A stretch of 42,758 bases of DNA from Gemmatimonadales bacterium (GTDB taxonomy: Bacteria; Gemmatimonadota; Gemmatimonadetes; Gemmatimonadales; GWC2-71-9). Positions 42,362 to 42,758 of this stretch are shown here, in pieces (position 1 is the stretch's first letter; the number at the start of each line of letters is the position of its first letter). A program made the translations under genes and the position numbers. Location: the NCBI GenBank assembly GCA_035718325.1, contig DASTHG010000021.1, forward strand, positions 1-42,758, given 5' to 3'. The notes under the pieces were generated by a model. The model saw only the letters and a program-made list of their open reading frames with translations. It had not been told where the DNA came from and searched no databases.

Positions 42362-42718
42362 TCAACTCAACAGCAGCTTGCCGGCGACGAACACCAGGAA
42401 CACGCCGAACGCGCGCCGCAACGTCGTGTCCGAGAGACCTTGGGCGAGTTTCGCACCGAGCAGCGCCCCCAGAAACAACCCGACCGCGATGAGCGCCGCA
42501 TAGGCGAGATTCACCTGCCCGCGTTTGTAGTATTGCAGGAACCCCAGCAACCCCACCGGCAAGAGCAACGCGCCGAGCGACGTCCCGTTCGCGGTGTGTT
42601 GCGGCAGTTTCGCCAGCAGCACGAGGCCGGGCACGATCACGATCGCGCCTCCTACCCCGAACAGGCCGGAGATCACACCGGCTGCCAGACCCAACACCGC
42701 CACCAATGCGTAGATCAT
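42362..42718 (-). CDS. half-size TauE/SafE (DUF81) family membrane transporter
   Basis: ATG 42718 is preceded by GAGGAGGGGA. 118 aa with about 4 TM helices. LAAGVISGLFGVGGAIVIVPGL...GTSLGALLLPVGLLGF...LGALLGAKLA is the TauE repeat pattern. The in-frame ATG 42754 was rejected because it lacks an SD. Confidence 0.8.
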   Translation of the reverse strand: MIYALVAVLGLAAGVISGLFGVGGAIVIVPGLVLLAKLPQHTANGTSLGALLLPVGLLGFLQYYKRGQVNLAYAALIAVGLFLGALLGAKLAQGLSDTTLRRAFGVFLVFVAGKLLLS

Positions 42719-42758
42719 GCTCCCCTCCTCGTCGCTGATGGTTCGTTGCCCCATCCAC

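Noticed and set aside
1-42758. Searched by eye for defence or mobile hallmarks: CRISPR repeats, transposase/integrase/recombinase motifs, toxin-antitoxin pairs, restriction-modification genes, reverse transcriptase, phage structural genes, tRNA/rRNA genes.
   Set aside because: None found. The only methyltransferase is PrmC (a protein methyltransferase). The only SMC-like protein has a full hinge and a housekeeping context. The MoxR cluster lacks the effector domains of conflict-type MoxR-vWA systems.

Overview
High-G+C, gene-dense chromosomal window: 38 CDS called on both strands, many with 1-8 nt start/stop overlaps. I found no rRNA, tRNA, CRISPR array, transposase, integrase or phage-like gene. 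All family names come from motif recognition by eye; no searches were run. Layout: (1) + strand 2-17404: membrane protein fragment, rplI, Dak2-DegV fusion, rsfS, peptidase/TolB-propeller/Omp85 chimera, two SPOR proteins, smc, S8 protease, MBL hydrolase, DAHP synthase, LolA-like. (2) - strand 17394-23007: rpmE-prfA-prmC-YlbF-like-tmk-S41 protease-DUF2520, all start/stop coupled. (3) + strand 23323-40760: a Tat-signal TldD / PmbA pair; a six-gene DUF4159-MoxR-DUF58-BatA_N-membrane cluster; a Crp-family regulator plus MBL hydrolase; and a CsgG-like/TPR protein-MlaE-degenerate MlaF-MlaD-GAF/HD-GYP operon. (4) - strand 40761-42718: YpfJ peptidase, ankyrin protein, half-size TauE. The domain styles (FlgD-Ig/T9SS-like tail, Bat-like cluster, SPOR proteins, Omp85 chimera) suggest an FCB-group / Gemmatimonadota-like organism, but this is inference only. 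Best candidates for undescribed biology: (i) an Mla/MCE-type transporter whose ATPase subunit has lost every catalytic motif and which is translationally coupled to a GAF-HD-GYP protein; (ii) the MoxR/DUF58/DUF4159 membrane cluster lacking canonical vWA partners; (iii) a dead-P-loop/TM/SPOR protein start/stop-coupled to smc; (iv) two intergenic arrays of 7-bp repeats that abut the start codons of secreted proteins.
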